Below, one piece after another: positions 60,868 through 64,000 of a stretch of 64,000 nucleotides of DNA; position 1 is the first letter of the stretch; each line of letters starts with the position of its first letter. The stretch spans positions 35,092,001-35,156,000 of the forward strand of contig NC_086378.1 in assembly GCF_036588685.1 (NCBI RefSeq). The letters are read 5' to 3'. The notes beneath the pieces were generated by a model. That model did not search any database. It saw nothing but the letters and a program-made list of their open reading frames with translations, and was not told where the DNA came from. A program made the position numbers and the translations under genes. This stretch comes from Mytilus trossulus (lineage: Eukaryota).

Positions 60868-61821
60868 TTTGTACAATTTTGCATCATCAGAGATCTTATT
60901 GAGATATTCAACATTCAAAAACTGACAAAGGAGGTATAGTTTTAAAGATTTTGCCAAAAATTTAGGTAGAAACAAGATTTTACACTTTGACTTGGCACCT
61001 TTCTTTAAATCAGTTTGTGTCGCGTTTCAGTGTCAACTGCTAACTTTCATAAAATATTCATTACTCAACCAATTTTAAAAAATAAAAGACCATTTTACTC
61101 GTTTTAGCTAGCAGAACACAGAAAATTAGGTAAAATTGGATATTTGAAAAAAATATTTTCTATCAAGGTAGCAATACACAGTTAGGAGTTTAGTTTCGTA
61201 TTTTGGCCCCGGTGGATTTTTTCAAATATGAAAGTTATTGTGTAATAAAATTCATTTTTAGACAGCTGAGTACTAATTTAACCTTCAAAGATGGTTTATA
61301 ATATCATCAAGCTGATTTTTGACTATTTATTGGCTATTTTCTGTTTGACTCTCCGTATTTTCATAGCTAGACCAGCCATCGGTCTAGAAATTAATGTAAT
61401 GTTAACAAACACTTTTTTTCTACACGAAGTTTTAACGCATTAATTTTACAAAACAATGAGACGAAAGACATATGATTTTCATTGGATTAACTGAGAGATA
61501 TATGTAAACAGTTTTAAAAAATGTACTACTGCAAGCAATTGAAATTCTACTTTTAGTCAAATTTTGGGGAAATATGTGACATCTTTCCCCCCCCCCTTTT
61601 TGCAATTTTTTGGTGCAAATAAATTGTTGACATGGATACACCCAAAAGACACTATATTTTACCATTTTATATACTGGATATAAAATCTTTGGAAGATTCT
61701 GATTACATACATTTGCACATATATGACACACATAGTAAGCTTAATATTGCAAGAAAGCAATGAAAAGGGGATGGTAAAATTAATGAGGGCAAATTTTTAT
61801 ATTTTTTCCTAACTGTTTATT

Positions 61822-62445
61822 GCTACCAGAAATTGACAATGAGGGTCGGTTGAAAACAAAACTTTACGACAAAAGTAATGATAACAGTTTTCAAATTGTG
61901 AACTTTCTATTTCTAAGTAGCATCTGCATACGAGGCCTATTTATCTACCAATTGATACGATATTCTCGTGCTTGCATTTCCTATCATGATTTTCTTGATA
62001 GAGGGGTTGATGCTCACATCCAAACTTTTAAATAAAGAGTACCAAATGCTGAAGTGGAAATCATCCTTTTGTAAATTTTATTGACGCCCTCACGAGTTTG
62101 TTCACCGCTATGGAATAAACGTTTGACAAATGATATCGAACTACAATCCCCTTCCGTTTCATGAATGTGACCATCCGAATTAGACTATTTACCGGATTTG
62201 TTATAACACAAGCAACATAACGGGTGCCACACATTTCGAGCAGGATCTGCTTACCCTTCCGGAGCAGCTGAGATCATCCCTAGTTTTGCATAAGGTTCGT
62301 GTTGCTTATTCTTTAGTTTTCTATGTTGTGTCATGTGTGCAAGTGTTTGTCTGTTTGTCTTTTTCATTTTTAGCCAGGCGTTGTCAGTTAATTTTCGATT
62401 TTTGATTTTGACAATCCCTTTGGTATCTTTCGTCCCTCTTTTAAG
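61822..62445 (+). mobile_element. 5'-truncated, degenerate Penelope-like retroelement (RT C-terminus plus 3' repeat)
   Basis: EIDNEGRLKTKLYDKSNDNSFQIVNFLFL...YQLIRYSRACISYHDFLDRG resembles the LYDKRDDF.F...SQLIRY.RAC thumb motif; followed by the GAGCAGGATCTGCTTACCCTTCCGGAGCA repeat. Clade assignment is from recall. Confidence 0.7.
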
Positions 62446-64000
62446 CGTTTTTTACTTGTAGATTTGTATACGTACGAATTTGTGTTTATCTTTAAACATG
62501 AAAATCGCTTAGAGTAATTGCATAATTATATAATGCACTTAGAAAATGATGTAATAATAACTGCCTTTTAATAATAATGGCACCAGATTGTGTGACAATT
62601 TTGAGGAAGTGTACAGTACTATTGGTACTCAATAAATAAAGAAAACATTATTTGTTTTAATAACATTAGAATAGCTGATTTCATAGAGAAAAGCAGGTCT
62701 AATTTGTAGTCTTATGGTAAGATAAACATTTTATGGGTTTGAAAGTAAACATAATGACATGCAAGTACCTTGAATAGGACTGTTCATATTCTTATTTTTC
62801 ACTTATATTTTGTTATCCATCGGGGATGTGTTCCTTTGTAATGCATTAAATAATGAATTGAAACTAACCCTGTTTTGGTAAATTTATATAACAAATTTTA
62901 CACACACTAGCTCTTTCGTCAGTTGTGAATTGTTTAAGTGTTTACTTTATATTATTATTATTTTTAATTAAGATAATTCATTGATAATCTAAATAGCAGT
63001 AGGATTATTCAAAGGAGAAGCGAAAGATACCAAAGTGACATTCAAACTCATAAGTCGAAAAATAAACTGACAAAAGAGAAAAGAAAAAGGTCAACAGACA
63101 AACAACAGTGCACACATCCCAACATATATAGAAAACTAAAGAATGAGCGGTAAACAGGTCAAAGTAAATATGTTGATAAAAACTTTATGAAAATTAAACG
63201 AGTCAAATATATTTTAGTCAAAATGTTGGGTACCCCCTTAAGTGCTTGTTGTTTGTATATCCTGAAAAACTTCGGATAGACCAGAAACTACAGCACGGAA
63301 TAAGCGTCTCGACCAATTTCAAATGGGTTCACAATATTTGCCTACTACACAATAAAATATTACTGTGCTTATTTCAGTCAAATAGTTGCAATGTGTTTGC
63401 AAATCGTATTGTTTGTGCTGTTAACAGTCTGTGTTGTTAATTCCTATTACAAAGGTAGGTTCTGTATGCAAATCTCTAATAGTAATGTATGAAAGAAATA
63501 TGAAAGTAAAAATAATGTAGCCAGATTGAAACTGTCTACCAAAGACCAACGGGACAAAGATATACGCAACTGTATATCATTAAACGATCTTGAACACTGA
63601 GCACAACAGATTCATTTTACAAAGTATTGCCTTGATGTATATTTAAATAGAATTTCCCGCAATGTTTATTGACCAAATATTGCATACCTTCAATAACATA
63701 TGTGACATTTCTATTTTCTGTAATCTGGTGTGTAAACCCCGCATCTGTGAAACTGATCACCGACAAGGTGTCCCCTTTATTTAATTCATACCAAAATTAT
63801 TTATCGTTTTGAAAGCCTCAAATTGACATTAAAGAAACTAGTTTGATAACCAGTAATTATTGAAGCGAGTAAGTAATTCTTAGCAAGTTTTTGATGTACA
63901 ATTGTGTTAATAATTTATTATGAGATTGAGTTCTGGTTATCTACTTTTGTATAACAGTAAAATGATGTCTATTTTATCACATCGTTCGAAATTTTAGTTT

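Overview
AT-rich, repeat-dense eukaryotic DNA with spliceosomal GT-AG introns. The short interspersed repeats and RING-less TRIM-like genes resemble what I know from bivalve (Mytilus-type) genomes; this assignment is an inference. Contents in order: (1) the first two coding exons of an unidentified spliced gene (minus strand, 888-345) that the ORF track misses; (2) an apparently intact 5,036-bp DDD-type DNA transposon (Sola2-like transposase, 26-bp TIRs, TTTA target-site duplication, about 12 copies of a GTAACG(A/T)ACAT motif); (3) a GT31 beta-1,3-glycosyltransferase (brainiac/B3GALT-like); (4) three tandem, single-coding-exon, RING-less B-box/coiled-coil/NHL-like propeller genes; (5) a near-perfect 8 x 1,440-bp tandem array with a dimeric higher-order step; (6) two minimal type-I hammerhead ribozyme motifs, one intact and one degenerate; (7) an orphan 222-aa gene ending in a CaaX box, with a clear promoter; (8) an older 3 x ~1.48-kb tandem repeat; (9) Penelope-like and L2/CR1 RT relics, TIR MITEs and many short repeats. 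The best candidate for an undescribed system is the TRIM-like cluster. The three genes share a variant B-box (H-x2-C) and conserved acidic twin-tyrosine and C-terminal YEEI/YEDI-type motifs, which suggests phosphotyrosine/SH2-docking adaptors. No database searches were run.
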